From Candidatus Polarisedimenticolia bacterium (GTDB taxonomy: Bacteria > Acidobacteriota > Polarisedimenticolia > Gp22-AA2): 64,000 nt of DNA. A model generated the notes under the pieces. The model was not told the origin of the DNA, did not search any database, and saw only the letters and a program-made list of their open reading frames with translations. Where the stretch lies: NCBI GenBank assembly GCA_036005805.1, contig DASYQE010000086.1, forward strand, positions 14,014 to 78,013, in the 5' to 3' direction. Below, one piece after another: positions 10,691-21,045 of the stretch. A program made the position numbers and the translations under genes. Numbering within the stretch: position 1 is the first letter of the stretch; each line of letters begins with the position of its first letter.

Positions 10691-13312
10691 ATGTTCGATA
10701 CGCCTCCCAGGCGGACGCCGCACGTCTTCTCTCCGACCATCCTTCTCGCCACGGGGCTCGTCGTCCTTCCGGCCGTGACGCCTCTTTTCGCGCGTCCGTT
10801 CCTGCCCACGCCGTCGTTCCAGGCGGGGGGCGGTGCGGCGCGCATCGTCGCCGGCGATTTCAACGGAGACGGGCGGGGTGACCTGGCCGTCGCGAACAAC
10901 GACAGCCCGGATGGCTTCGAGAGCGTCGGCCTGCTCCTCGGCCAGGGAGGCGGACTCTTCCGGTATTCCGGCGCCGTGTTCACCTCGACCGAGAGCGACG
11001 CGGTGGCCCTCTCCGGCGGTGATTTCAACCAGGACGGGAAGCCGGACCTGCTGCTCGAAGCGGGCTGCTGCGCCTCCTACCGGGTTCACGTCCTGCTGGG
11101 GCAGGGGAATGGGTCGTTCGTGCCGGTGAACCCCTTCGCCGTCGCGGGGCCCGCCTTCCTGGCGGACGGGAACGCCGACGGCCGCCCCGACCTCGTCGTC
11201 GCGAGCGGCAGCGGGGCGACCAGCCGGCTGCAGCTCTGGATCGGAGCGCTCAATGGCACTTTCACCCCTCTCGCCGCGTTTCCTCCGCCGGCCGGCGTCG
11301 ACTTCGGAATGCGGCCTCTCGCCGTCGGGGATCTGAATGGCGACCACCTCGCGGACGTCGTGGCGACCAACGCGGCCGGCAGCGCGAGCGTGGTGCTGCG
11401 CGGCGCCGCCAACGGCACCTATGCCGTCGTTCAGACGCTCGACAGCACGCCGAGGCGGACCGCTCACCTCGCCGACTACAACGGCGACGGGGCCGTCGAT
11501 CTCTTCCTCGAGAGCGAGACTCCCGGCTCCCTCATCGTTCTCAAGGCTTATCGAGGACACGGGGACGGCACCTTCGACACCTCTCCCTCCTGGACCGACC
11601 TGGCCGGCCTGGTCCCCAACGAAGCGGAGTGGATCACCGAGTTCTCGAGCGGGGATCTCGACGGCGATGGCGTGCTGGATCTCGCGACCGTGTCGCTCCA
11701 GGGAGTCCGGGTGTACCTCGGGGCCGGCGGGTGGCTGTTGTCGAAGGGACTGCTGGCGGTCGGCCTGCGGCCGAGCCAGGCCCTGTTCGGCGACTTCGAC
11801 GGGGCCGGACAGCGTGACATCGCGGTGGTGCACGGGACCGCGGTGTCGCTCGCCCTGGCCCGGCCGGACGGATCGTACGGGCCGAGCCCGCTGCCCCAGT
11901 CGGACGTCGTCTCCGCGGTGCCGCGCATCGTGACCGCCGATTTCACCGGGGACGGTCTCGCCGACGTGGCGGCCCTGCACGCCCAGGTCAACCCCTGCGC
12001 CGACGACGTTCCCTGCCCGTGGGGGGAGGTGGAGGCGTGGCCGGCGCTGGCGCAGGGCGGTTTCGGCGCTCCCGGTTTCTATCCGATCGACGTGGCGCCG
12101 GTCGACCTGCGCGCGGTCGATCTCGACCGGGATGGAAAGCTCGATCTGGTCGCGGTCAACCAGGGCGCCGCCGCGGCGAGCCTGTCCCTCCTGCGCGGCC
12201 GCGGCGACGGCACCTTCGAGGCGGAGGTGCGGCAGCCGCTGACGGTGCGCCCCTCGGCGGTGGCGGCGGGCGACCTCGATCGCGACGGCGACACCGATCT
12301 GGCCGTCGCGAACGGCAACGACAGCACCATCACCATCCTGCTGCGGACCGCGGCGGGCAGCTACGCGCCGCAGCCGGTCTTCGCGGCCGGACGGATCCCG
12401 ATCCGGATCGAAGTGGTCGATCTCGACGGGGACGGCCTGCTCGATCTGGCGGTGGCGAATCAGGGCAAGTACGAGCCGTCCGTGATCCCCGGAGACGTGT
12501 CCTGGTACCGCGGGCACGGGAACGGCACGTTCGACCCGCGCGCGGTGCTGTTCGGCGGAACGAAAAGGACCTCGGACCTGACGGTGGCCGACCTGGACGC
12601 CGACGGCGATCCGGACCTGGTCATCACCGACGAAGCCAGCGCGACCCACGAACTCAGTCTCCTGGTGGGGGACATCCACGTGATCCGCAACCAGGGGTTC
12701 GGAGCGTTCGTCGCGACCTCGTACTCGGCGCCGACGTTCCCGCTCCAGGTCCGCGCCGCCGACTTCAATGGCGACGGATCGGTCGACCTGCTGACCGAGA
12801 ACGGGACCGAGGATCTGGCGCTCTTCCCCGGGCTCGGGGACGGCACCTTCGGTCCCCCGGAGCGCTTCTCCGTCTGGGGCTGCCGGAACTTCGAGCCGAT
12901 CCGTCTCGCGGGGGACGGCGACATCGATCTCCTGACGTCGTGCGGCGACGTGGCCCGGATCGAGAACGAGGCCATCCCGGCGAATCCTGCCGTCCAGTTC
13001 TCCGACCCGGCGAAGCTCCGCTGGGACCCGGTCGATCTCGTCACCGGGTACGACGTGATCCGGGGGAGCCTCCCTCTCCTTCGCTCGAGCGGGGGCAACT
13101 TCGGCCAGGCCGTGCAGGCGTGCGTCCAGAACAACGGTCCCCTGAACACCGTCGATGTCTCCACGCCGATCCCGCCGGTCGGGAGCGGATTCTTCTATCT
13201 CGTCCGCCCGATCGGGTGGAACGGGACGCCCGGCTCGTACGACGGAGAGAATCCGGGACAGGCGGCCCCGCGCGACGCGTTGATCCGGTCCTCTCCCTCG
13301 GCCTGTCCGTAA
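10691..13312 (+). CDS. Large secreted FG-GAP/VCBS-repeat (integrin-alpha-like beta-propeller) protein, about 873 aa with a signal peptide.
   Basis: The start is moved to the internal ATG at 10691, which is preceded by the RBS aggagga. That gives MFDTPPRRTPHVFSPTILLATGLVVLPAVTPLFA. At least 14 repeats of the DFNGDGRGDL / DFNQDGKPDL / DLDGDGxxDL type are present. The listed upstream extension is Pro/Ser-rich and is preceded by a candidate promoter. Confidence 0.8.
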   Translation: MFDTPPRRTPHVFSPTILLATGLVVLPAVTPLFARPFLPTPSFQAGGGAARIVAGDFNGDGRGDLAVANNDSPDGFESVGLLLGQGGGLFRYSGAVFTSTESDAVALSGGDFNQDGKPDLLLEAGCCASYRVHVLLGQGNGSFVPVNPFAVAGPAFLADGNADGRPDLVVASGSGATSRLQLWIGALNGTFTPLAAFPPPAGVDFGMRPLAVGDLNGDHLADVVATNAAGSASVVLRGAANGTYAVVQTLDSTPRRTAHLADYNGDGAVDLFLESETPGSLIVLKAYRGHGDGTFDTSPSWTDLAGLVPNEAEWITEFSSGDLDGDGVLDLATVSLQGVRVYLGAGGWLLSKGLLAVGLRPSQALFGDFDGAGQRDIAVVHGTAVSLALARPDGSYGPSPLPQSDVVSAVPRIVTADFTGDGLADVAALHAQVNPCADDVPCPWGEVEAWPALAQGGFGAPGFYPIDVAPVDLRAVDLDRDGKLDLVAVNQGAAAASLSLLRGRGDGTFEAEVRQPLTVRPSAVAAGDLDRDGDTDLAVANGNDSTITILLRTAAGSYAPQPVFAAGRIPIRIEVVDLDGDGLLDLAVANQGKYEPSVIPGDVSWYRGHGNGTFDPRAVLFGGTKRTSDLTVADLDADGDPDLVITDEASATHELSLLVGDIHVIRNQGFGAFVATSYSAPTFPLQVRAADFNGDGSVDLLTENGTEDLALFPGLGDGTFGPPERFSVWGCRNFEPIRLAGDGDIDLLTSCGDVARIENEAIPANPAVQFSDPAKLRWDPVDLVTGYDVIRGSLPLLRSSGGNFGQAVQACVQNNGPLNTVDVSTPIPPVGSGFFYLVRPIGWNGTPGSYDGENPGQAAPRDALIRSSPSACP

Positions 13313-13345
13313 CCGCCGCAGTCGCCTGAAGTCGCGCCCGGGAAC

Positions 13346-13381
13346 GACCCCGCCGTCCCCGGCGGGGTCGATTCCTTTTCC
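13346..13381 (+). terminator. Rho-independent terminator after the FG-GAP gene: a perfect 10-bp GC stem (GACCCCGCCG ... CGGCGGGGTC) followed by gaTTccTTTTcc.
   Basis: The inverted repeat was read directly from the sequence. Confidence 0.6.
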
Positions 13382-13425
13382 CTCCGAGGCCGTGGCCGAG
13401 ACTCGTGTCTGTTGGCGGCGCCTCC

Positions 13426-13454
13426 TCGACACCGCCGGACCCGTGGTCTACAAT
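13426..13454 (+). promoter_or_regulatory. Near-consensus sigma70-type promoter for the moxR/bat operon: TCGACA-N17-TACAAT.
   Basis: The sequence is ctcGACAccgccggacccgtggtcTACAATttg, with an RBS aagagga 9 nt before the ATG at 13489. Confidence 0.5.
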
Positions 13455-13488
13455 TTGCGCCCTTTTTCGCTAAAGAGGATCCCATCGC

Positions 13489-14493
<1,005 letters not shown>

Positions 14494-14563
14494 GACCAGG
14501 GAGCCATTCGAGGCTCCCGACCAACGCGGCGCCGCCCGGGGCGGCGCCGGGGAGCCGCCCGCC

Positions 14564-15445
14564 ATGCTGCCCGCGGAGATCCTCAGGAAGGTCCGGCGCA
14601 TCGAGATCCGCACCAGCCGGCTCGTGAACGAGTCGCTGGCGGGGGAGTACCACTCCGTCTTCAAGGGCCGCGGCATGGAGTTCAGCGAGGTGCGCGAGTA
14701 CCAGTGGGGGGACGACGTCCGCACCCTCGACTGGAACGTCACGTCGCGCATGGGAGCCCCTTACGTCAAGAAGTTCGTCGAGGAGCGCGAGCTGACGGTG
14801 CTGCTCCTGGTGGATGTCTCGGCCTCGGGGGATTTCGGGACGCGGCGCCAGTTCAAGCGGGAGATCCAGGCGGAGATCTGCGCCCTGCTGGCGTTCTCGG
14901 CCATCCAGAACAGCGACCGCGTCGGCTTCATGGCCTTCACCGACCGGATCGAGACCTTCCTGCGCCCGCGCAAGGGGAAGGATCACGTCCTGCGGGTCAT
15001 CCGCGAGGTGCTCTACTTCACGCCGCAGGGGCGGACGACCGACCTCAAGATGGCGCTCGAGCACCTGAACCGCACCATCACCAAGCGCGGCGTGGTCTTC
15101 ATCATCTCGGACTTCCTCGCCGCCGATTTCGAGCGGCCGCTCCGGGTGGCGGCCCGCAAGCACGACGTGGTGGCCATCACCGTCACCGACCCGCGCGAGG
15201 AGGAGCTGCCGCCGGTCGGTCTTCTCGAGCTGGAGGACGCCGAGACGGGCGCGCGCGTGCTGGTGGATTCGCGCGACAAGTCCACCCGGCTCGCCTACGG
15301 GCGCTGGGCCGCCGAGAGGCGGCAGGCGCGCGAGTCCCTGTTCCGGCAGATCGGCATCGACGCGCTGGATCTGCGCACCGACCGGCCCTACGACCTGCCG
15401 CTGGTGCGCTTCTTCCACCGGCGCGCGCGGCGGTTGTCGCGATGA
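14564..15445 (+). CDS. DUF58 protein (MoxR partner with a vWA-like fold).
   Basis: A 293-aa ORF with the motif LLVDVSASGDFG, following moxR as in Bat-type operons. Confidence 0.9.
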   Translation: MLPAEILRKVRRIEIRTSRLVNESLAGEYHSVFKGRGMEFSEVREYQWGDDVRTLDWNVTSRMGAPYVKKFVEERELTVLLLVDVSASGDFGTRRQFKREIQAEICALLAFSAIQNSDRVGFMAFTDRIETFLRPRKGKDHVLRVIREVLYFTPQGRTTDLKMALEHLNRTITKRGVVFIISDFLAADFERPLRVAARKHDVVAITVTDPREEELPPVGLLELEDAETGARVLVDSRDKSTRLAYGRWAAERRQARESLFRQIGIDALDLRTDRPYDLPLVRFFHRRARRLSR

Positions 15446-16482
15446 GCCAGGCGGCCGACTCCGCCGCCGCGGCGCCCGCCGCCGGGGACGCGCCGGCCGC
15501 GGGCGCGACGGCGCCGGCGGCGGGGGGCGTGACGCTCGGCGCCCGCGCCGATCACCTGCAGGTCACCGTCGGGGATCCGATCGCGGTCACCTTCACGCTC
15601 CGGCACCCGGAGGGAACGACCCTCACCGAGTTCGACGCCGATCACGCGCTCAAGGATCTCGAGATCCTGAGCCAGATGACGCTGGCGCCGAAGCGCCTCG
15701 CCGACGGCACGGTGGAGGAAGGACGCGTCGTCACCCTCGCCGCCTACAAGACCGGGAGCCTGGAGATCCCCGCCGTGCGCGCCACCCTGCGCGACGCCGC
15801 CGGCAAGGAGACCGAGGCGCGATCGGCCGCGCTGCCGGTCACCGTCCAGTCGGTCCTGAAGGCAGGCGAAACCCAGCCGGCCGACCTCAAGCGGCCGGTG
15901 GAGATGAGCGAGCGGCTGCTGTGGCCGTGGTTCGTGGCCGGGGCCGTGCTGCTCGCGGTCGCGGCGTTGGTCTGGTGGCGCCGCCGCCGCAAGCGCCGCC
16001 CGGAGGCGGCGGTCCCGGTGAGGCCGGCCGCCCCACCGCGCCCGGAGCACGAGATCGCCTACGAAGAGCTGGAGCGCCTGCTCTCCTCGGGGCTCATCGA
16101 GCGCGGCGAGATGAAGGCCTTCTACATCGCCCTCGCCGAGATCATCCGCCGCTACCTCGGCCGGCGCTTCGACTTCGACGCCTTCGAGTCCACCACCTGG
16201 GAAATCCTCGAGTCGCTGCGCAGCGTGCGCCTCCCGGCCCCGACGACCACGCTCCTGTCCGAGCTCCTGGGCTTGTGCGACCTGGTGAAGTTCGCCAAGC
16301 ACCTGCCCGGGCGCGAGGAGACCAGGGCGAGCGTCGAGCGCGCCTACCGCCTGGTGGACGAGACGAAGCGGACCGCGCCCCCGCCGCTTCCGGCGGTGGG
16401 CGAAGGGAGCGCCGGTCCGGGGGCGGGGACCGGGACGGCCGCGGCGCCGCCGGGTCCGCTCACCTCGAGAGGCGTGGCATGA
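15442..16482 (+). CDS. Bat-operon hypothetical membrane protein: a BatD-N-like beta-rich N-terminal region, one TM helix followed by an RRRRKRR stop-transfer, and a DUF4381-like C-terminal region.
   Basis: The real start is the ATG at 15442, overlapping the DUF58 stop as ATGA. Only the C-terminal 346 codons of the listed 14704..16482 ORF are real. Confidence 0.7.
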   Translation: MSQAADSAAAAPAAGDAPAAGATAPAAGGVTLGARADHLQVTVGDPIAVTFTLRHPEGTTLTEFDADHALKDLEILSQMTLAPKRLADGTVEEGRVVTLAAYKTGSLEIPAVRATLRDAAGKETEARSAALPVTVQSVLKAGETQPADLKRPVEMSERLLWPWFVAGAVLLAVAALVWWRRRRKRRPEAAVPVRPAAPPRPEHEIAYEELERLLSSGLIERGEMKAFYIALAEIIRRYLGRRFDFDAFESTTWEILESLRSVRLPAPTTTLLSELLGLCDLVKFAKHLPGREETRASVERAYRLVDETKRTAPPPLPAVGEGSAGPGAGTGTAAAPPGPLTSRGVA

Positions 16483-17480
16483 GGGACCTGCACTTCGCCA
16501 ACCCGATCGGCGGCGCCATCCTGGTGTTCCTGCTGATGCTGCTGGTGTGGCGCGTGGTGCGGGCGCGCGGCCGGCACGCCAGCCTGGTGTTCTCGGAGAC
16601 GCGGCAGTTCCGCCTGATCCCGGCCGGGCGCGGCGTCCGCCTTCGCCACGTCCCGACCGCGCTGCGGATGCTCGGCCTGCTCCTGCTCGTCATCGCGTTC
16701 GCCCGGCCGCAGACCTGGTTCCACGAGGAGGAGGTCCTCACGGAGGGCATCGACATCCTGCTGGTGCTCGACGTCTCGGGCAGCATGCGCACCGAGGACT
16801 TCCGGCCGAAGAACCGCCTGGTCGTCGCCAAGGACGTCGTCAGCCAGTTCGTGCGCGGCCGCCGCAACGACGTCATCGGGCTGGTCGCCTTCGCCGCCAA
16901 CGCCTACACGCGCTGTCCCCTGACGCTCGACTACGACGTGCTGCTCGACCAGCTCGGGCACACCGACTTCGCGACGCGCGAGGAGGACGGGACCGCCATC
17001 GGGCTGGGGCTCGCCACCGGCGTGGCGCGGCTGGAGAAGGCCGCCGGCAAGAGCAAGGTGATCGTGCTTTTGACCGACGGGCGCAACAACCGCGGGCAGA
17101 TCGACCCGCTGACCGCCTCGCGCCTGGCGTCGTCGCTGGGGATCAAGGTCTACACCATCGGCGTCGGCCGCGAAGGCGAGGCGCCGTACCCGATCGACGA
17201 CCCGCTCATGGGCAAGCGCTACATCATGGTGTCGGCCGACATCGACGAGGACAGCCTGAAGCAGATCGCCGAGGCCACCGGCGGCCAGTACTTCCGCGCC
17301 ACCGACGCCGGCTCGCTCAAGTGGATCTTCGAGCGCATCGACGCGCTGGAGCGGACCGAGATCAAGGTGCGCGGCTACACCCGCAAGGCGGAGCGCTTCG
17401 CCTTCTTCCTGTACCCCGGGGCGCTGTGCATCGCCTTGGACCTGCTCCTCGGCGCCACCTTCCTGAGGCGGCTCCCATGA
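16479..17480 (+). CDS. batA: BatA-like vWA-domain membrane protein.
   Basis: The ATG at 16479 forms an ATGA overlap with the previous gene. It has an N-terminal TM pair and a vWA MIDAS motif (DVSGSM). Confidence 0.85.
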   Translation: MRDLHFANPIGGAILVFLLMLLVWRVVRARGRHASLVFSETRQFRLIPAGRGVRLRHVPTALRMLGLLLLVIAFARPQTWFHEEEVLTEGIDILLVLDVSGSMRTEDFRPKNRLVVAKDVVSQFVRGRRNDVIGLVAFAANAYTRCPLTLDYDVLLDQLGHTDFATREEDGTAIGLGLATGVARLEKAAGKSKVIVLLTDGRNNRGQIDPLTASRLASSLGIKVYTIGVGREGEAPYPIDDPLMGKRYIMVSADIDEDSLKQIAEATGGQYFRATDAGSLKWIFERIDALERTEIKVRGYTRKAERFAFFLYPGALCIALDLLLGATFLRRLP

Positions 17481-19180
17481 GGTTCGGCGCTTCGATCTAT
17501 CTCTGGTTCCTGTTCGCGGTGCCGGTCATCGCCGGGCTGCTGCTGCTCGACGGCTACCGCCGCCGGCGCCTGCTCGAGCGTCTCGGCGACCGGGTGCTCC
17601 TCGATCGCCTGTCGATGAGCCTCAGCGTCGAGAAGCGCATCATGAAGGGGCTCCTGGTCACGGTCGCGGCCGCCTTCCTGGTGCTGGCGCTGGCCCGGCC
17701 GCAGTGGGGGATGAAGACCGAGACGGTGAACCGGCGCGGCGTGGACGTGATGATCGCCGTGGACACGTCGATGAGCATGCTCTCCGAGGACATGAAGCCG
17801 AACCGGCTCGCCCAGGCGCAGTCGGCCATCATGGGCCTGTTCGACCTCCTGCAGGGCGATCGGGTGGGTCTCGTCGCCTTCGCGGGAACCGCCTACGTCG
17901 CCTGTCCGTTGACCCTGGACTACTCGGCGGCGGCGATGTTCGTGGACATCCTCGGAACCGACCTTCTGCCCGTCCAGGGGACGAACATCGCCGCGGCGAT
18001 CCGGGCGGCGACCGCCGCCTTTCCCGAGGAGGAGGGCCGGCACAAGGTGATCGTCCTCATCACGGACGGCGAGGACCACGAGGGGGAGGTCGACGCGGCG
18101 GTGAACGAGGCCATCGACCACGGCATCGTCATCCACACGGTCGGGGTGGGCGCGACCGGCGGGGTGCCGATCCCCCTCCGGAATGCGCGCGGCGACGTGA
18201 CGGGGTATAAAGAGGATCGGGAGCACCGCAAGGTGACCAGCCGCCTGGACGAAGGGGCCCTGCAGTCGATCGCCGGCGCGACCAAGGGGAAGTACTTCCG
18301 CTCCACGCCGGAGGGGATCGAGCTCAAGGGCGTGTACGCTGAGCTCGCCGCCATGGACCCGAAGAACATGACCGCGCGCCAGGTGACCCACTACGAAGAG
18401 CGCTACATCATTCCGCTCGGGGCGGCCCTGCTGCTCCTCGGGATCGAGACGGCGCTCGGCGACCGGAAGCGGGCGGTGAAGGCCGGGCGCGCCGCGGTCG
18501 CCGCCCGCGCCGCCACCGCCGCGCTTTTGGCGTGGCTGCTGCTCCTGCTGCCGTCAAAGGCCTTGGCCGATCCCGCCGCGAAGAACAACCAGGGCAACCG
18601 TCTTTACGAGCAGAAGAAGTACGACGAGGCGCTGAAGAACTACACCGACGCACAGGCGGAGCGCCCGGCCGCGCCCGAGCTGCACTACAACATCGGCAAC
18701 GTCCTGCTGCGCAAGGGCGACCTCGACAAGGCGATCGAGGAGTACCTGCGCGCGCAGAGCACCGGTCCCAGGAGCCTGGCCGAGGCGGCCCACTTCAACC
18801 GCGGCAACGCCCTGATGATGAAGGGCGAGCTGCAGCCGGCGGTCGACGAGTACGTGCAGGCGCTCAAGATGGAACCGCGCGACCAGGACGCCAAGCGCAA
18901 CCTCGAGCTGGCGCTGAAGCTCCTGGAACAGCAGCAGCAACAACAGCAGCAGAACCAGCCTCCGGACCAGAACCAGAAGCAGCCGCCGCAGCCGCAGCCG
19001 GACGACAAGCAGAAGCCGGACGACAAGAAGCAGCCGCAGCAGCAGAAGCCTGGGGAGATGAGCCAGGACGAGGCGAAGCAGATCCTCGATGCCCTGCGCG
19101 AGTCCGAGAAGGAGAGCCTGAAGAAGCACGCGCAGGCCTCCGCGCCGCCGCACCCGCACGAGCCGGAGAAGGACTGGTGA
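17477..19180 (+). CDS. batB/batC: BatB-BatC fusion: an N-terminal vWA domain (DTSMSM), a TM helix and C-terminal TPR repeats, followed by a poly-Gln/Pro/Lys low-complexity tail and an acidic C-terminus.
   Basis: The ATG at 17477 forms an ATGA overlap with batA. The TPR repeats include LYEQKKYDEALKNY and NIGNVLLRKGDLDKAIEEY. Confidence 0.85.
   Translation: MRFGASIYLWFLFAVPVIAGLLLLDGYRRRRLLERLGDRVLLDRLSMSLSVEKRIMKGLLVTVAAAFLVLALARPQWGMKTETVNRRGVDVMIAVDTSMSMLSEDMKPNRLAQAQSAIMGLFDLLQGDRVGLVAFAGTAYVACPLTLDYSAAAMFVDILGTDLLPVQGTNIAAAIRAATAAFPEEEGRHKVIVLITDGEDHEGEVDAAVNEAIDHGIVIHTVGVGATGGVPIPLRNARGDVTGYKEDREHRKVTSRLDEGALQSIAGATKGKYFRSTPEGIELKGVYAELAAMDPKNMTARQVTHYEERYIIPLGAALLLLGIETALGDRKRAVKAGRAAVAARAATAALLAWLLLLLPSKALADPAAKNNQGNRLYEQKKYDEALKNYTDAQAERPAAPELHYNIGNVLLRKGDLDKAIEEYLRAQSTGPRSLAEAAHFNRGNALMMKGELQPAVDEYVQALKMEPRDQDAKRNLELALKLLEQQQQQQQQNQPPDQNQKQPPQPQPDDKQKPDDKKQPQQQKPGEMSQDEAKQILDALRESEKESLKKHAQASAPPHPHEPEKDW
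18929..19060 (+). repeat. CAG/CAA-rich simple-sequence stretch ((CAG/CAA)x8, then CCG/CAG/AAG-rich) encoding the QQQQQQQQNQPPDQNQKQPPQPQPDDKQKPDDKKQPQQQKP tail of the BatB/C protein.
   Basis: Triplet repeats were read directly at 18929-18952, and low-complexity sequence continues to about 19060. Confidence 0.6.
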
Positions 19181-21045
19181 GCGCAGTGCGGGCGGCTTTC
19201 GTCGCGGTCCTTCTCGCCGCGGCCGCGGCGGTCCTTCCGGCGCGCGCGGCCGATGCGGTGCGCGTCCGCGCCATGGTGGACCGCTCCGAGATCGGCGAGG
19301 GCGAAGACGTCCGGCTGATCGTCGAGATCGCCGGCCCCGGGCTCGATCACGTCGGCCCGCCGGACGTGCACGACCTCGGCGATTTCGCCCTCTCGGGCGG
19401 GCCGTCGGTCAGCAGCCGCTTCCAGTGGGTCAACGGCGTCAGCACCTCGAGCAAGACCTACACGTACGCGCTGACGCCCAACAAGACCGGCAAGCTGACC
19501 ATCCCTTCGCTGGCGATCCTGGCGCAGGGGCAGACGTACCGCACCAACCCGGTGGAGGTGATGGTGCAGCCGCAGGGGACCGTGCGCAGCCCCTACCAGC
19601 CGTCGTCGCCGTCGTCGCCGTCGTCCCCCGGAGGCCCGGCGGGCAGTGCGTCCGGACCCGGCGGTCGCCCGCGGCCGGGCGCCGCGCCCGTCGCGCTCAA
19701 GGTGCGCTCGGAGCTGGACCGCAAGGAGGTCTACGTCGGCCAGCAGGTGACGCTCAAGGTGGTGCTCGACACGCAGTCGGAAATCCTCAGCCACGGTCCG
19801 GCGGAGAGCCCGTCCTTCCCCGGGTTCTGGGCGGAGGAGATCACCCTGCCGGAGCGCACGGAACTCCGGCGCATTTCGATCGACGGCGAGCCCTGGTACG
19901 AAATCACCCTGATGAAGCGGGCCCTGTTCCCGACGACGGCCGGGACGTTGACGATTCCGCCGATCGCCTGGCAGGTGCAGGTGCGGCGGCGCAGCGCCGA
20001 CCCGTTCGAGTCGTTCTTCTTCACGCCGACCGAGATGGTGACGCGCCGCAGCGACCCGCTCCCGCTCAAGGTGCAGGCGCTGCCGGCCGCGGGAAGGCCG
20101 GAGGGCTTCTCGGGCGCGGTCGGCAACTTCAGCCTGTCGGCCACCGCGGACCGCACCGAGTCGCGCGTCAACGACGCGGTCGGCCTGAAGATCCGCGTGG
20201 CGGGGGAGGGGAACCTGGGCGCCGCCGCGGCGCCGGGGCTCGGGGATCTCGTGGATTTCAAGACCTTCGATCCGAAGATCACCTCCAACACCAGTCTTCA
20301 GGTCGACAAGCTGCGCTCGGAGAAGATCTGGGACTACGTCGTCATCCCGCTCGCGCCGGGGAGCCAGGCGATTCCTCCCATCTCCTTCTCGTATTTCGAT
20401 CCCGAGGCGAAGGCGTACCGCACGGTCACGAGCAAGCCGCTGCCGATCCAGGTGGCGCGCGGCGAGGCGGTCGCCGGCGGCCCGGCGGTGGCCGGCCTGC
20501 CGCAGAGCGACATCCGGCTGCTGCGCCGCGACATCCACTACCTGCACGCGGCGCCCGAAGGACTGGAAGGGCGTCGGGTGCCGTTCCACCAGACCCCCTG
20601 GTTCGTGGCGCTGTGCCTCGCGCCGATGCTCGCGGACGTCGGTGTCCTGGCCTGGGCCCGCACGCGCGACCTGTCGCCGCAGGCGTCCCGGTCACGGCGC
20701 GAGCGGCGGGCCCGCGGCGCGGCGCGGCGCCGGCTGGCGCACGCCCGGCGGCTGCTGAAGCCTCAGAGCGCGCAACCGTTCTACGCCTCGGTGGCGCAGG
20801 CCCTCACCGGCTACGTCGGCGACAAGTTCCACACGGCCGGCACCGGCCTGACGCACGAGCGGATCGAAGCGCTCCTGGCCGAGCGGGGCGTCCCGGACGA
20901 CCGGCGCGCCGCCTTCCACCGCTGTCTCGAGGCGTGCGACTTCGCGCGCTTCGCGCCGGCCTCCTCCGACGACGCCGCCATGCGCACCACGCTCGCCGAC
21001 GCCGAGGAGACCATCGCCGGGATCGAGCGGAGCCTCGAAAGGTGA
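19177..21045 (+). CDS. batD: BatD-like protein (oxygen-tolerance protein; signal peptide plus Ig-like domains plus a C-terminal TM helix).
   Basis: The GTG at 19177 forms a GTGA overlap with batB/C. It has a signal peptide VSAVRAAFVAVLLAAAAAVLPARAADA and a C-terminal TM helix WFVALCLAPMLADVGVLAW followed by an RSRRERRARGAARRR stretch. Confidence 0.85.
   Translation: MSAVRAAFVAVLLAAAAAVLPARAADAVRVRAMVDRSEIGEGEDVRLIVEIAGPGLDHVGPPDVHDLGDFALSGGPSVSSRFQWVNGVSTSSKTYTYALTPNKTGKLTIPSLAILAQGQTYRTNPVEVMVQPQGTVRSPYQPSSPSSPSSPGGPAGSASGPGGRPRPGAAPVALKVRSELDRKEVYVGQQVTLKVVLDTQSEILSHGPAESPSFPGFWAEEITLPERTELRRISIDGEPWYEITLMKRALFPTTAGTLTIPPIAWQVQVRRRSADPFESFFFTPTEMVTRRSDPLPLKVQALPAAGRPEGFSGAVGNFSLSATADRTESRVNDAVGLKIRVAGEGNLGAAAAPGLGDLVDFKTFDPKITSNTSLQVDKLRSEKIWDYVVIPLAPGSQAIPPISFSYFDPEAKAYRTVTSKPLPIQVARGEAVAGGPAVAGLPQSDIRLLRRDIHYLHAAPEGLEGRRVPFHQTPWFVALCLAPMLADVGVLAWARTRDLSPQASRSRRERRARGAARRRLAHARRLLKPQSAQPFYASVAQALTGYVGDKFHTAGTGLTHERIEALLAERGVPDDRRAAFHRCLEACDFARFAPASSDDAAMRTTLADAEETIAGIERSLER

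Noticed and set aside
10496-13432. A 978-aa minus-strand ORF antisense to the FG-GAP gene, together with the similar long antisense or out-of-frame ORFs 18685..20589(-), 39557..41419(+), 55926..58199(+) and 59664..61211(+)
   Set aside because: All are Arg/Pro/Gly-rich translations lacking motifs, and each overlaps a gene with clear family signatures on the other strand or in another frame.
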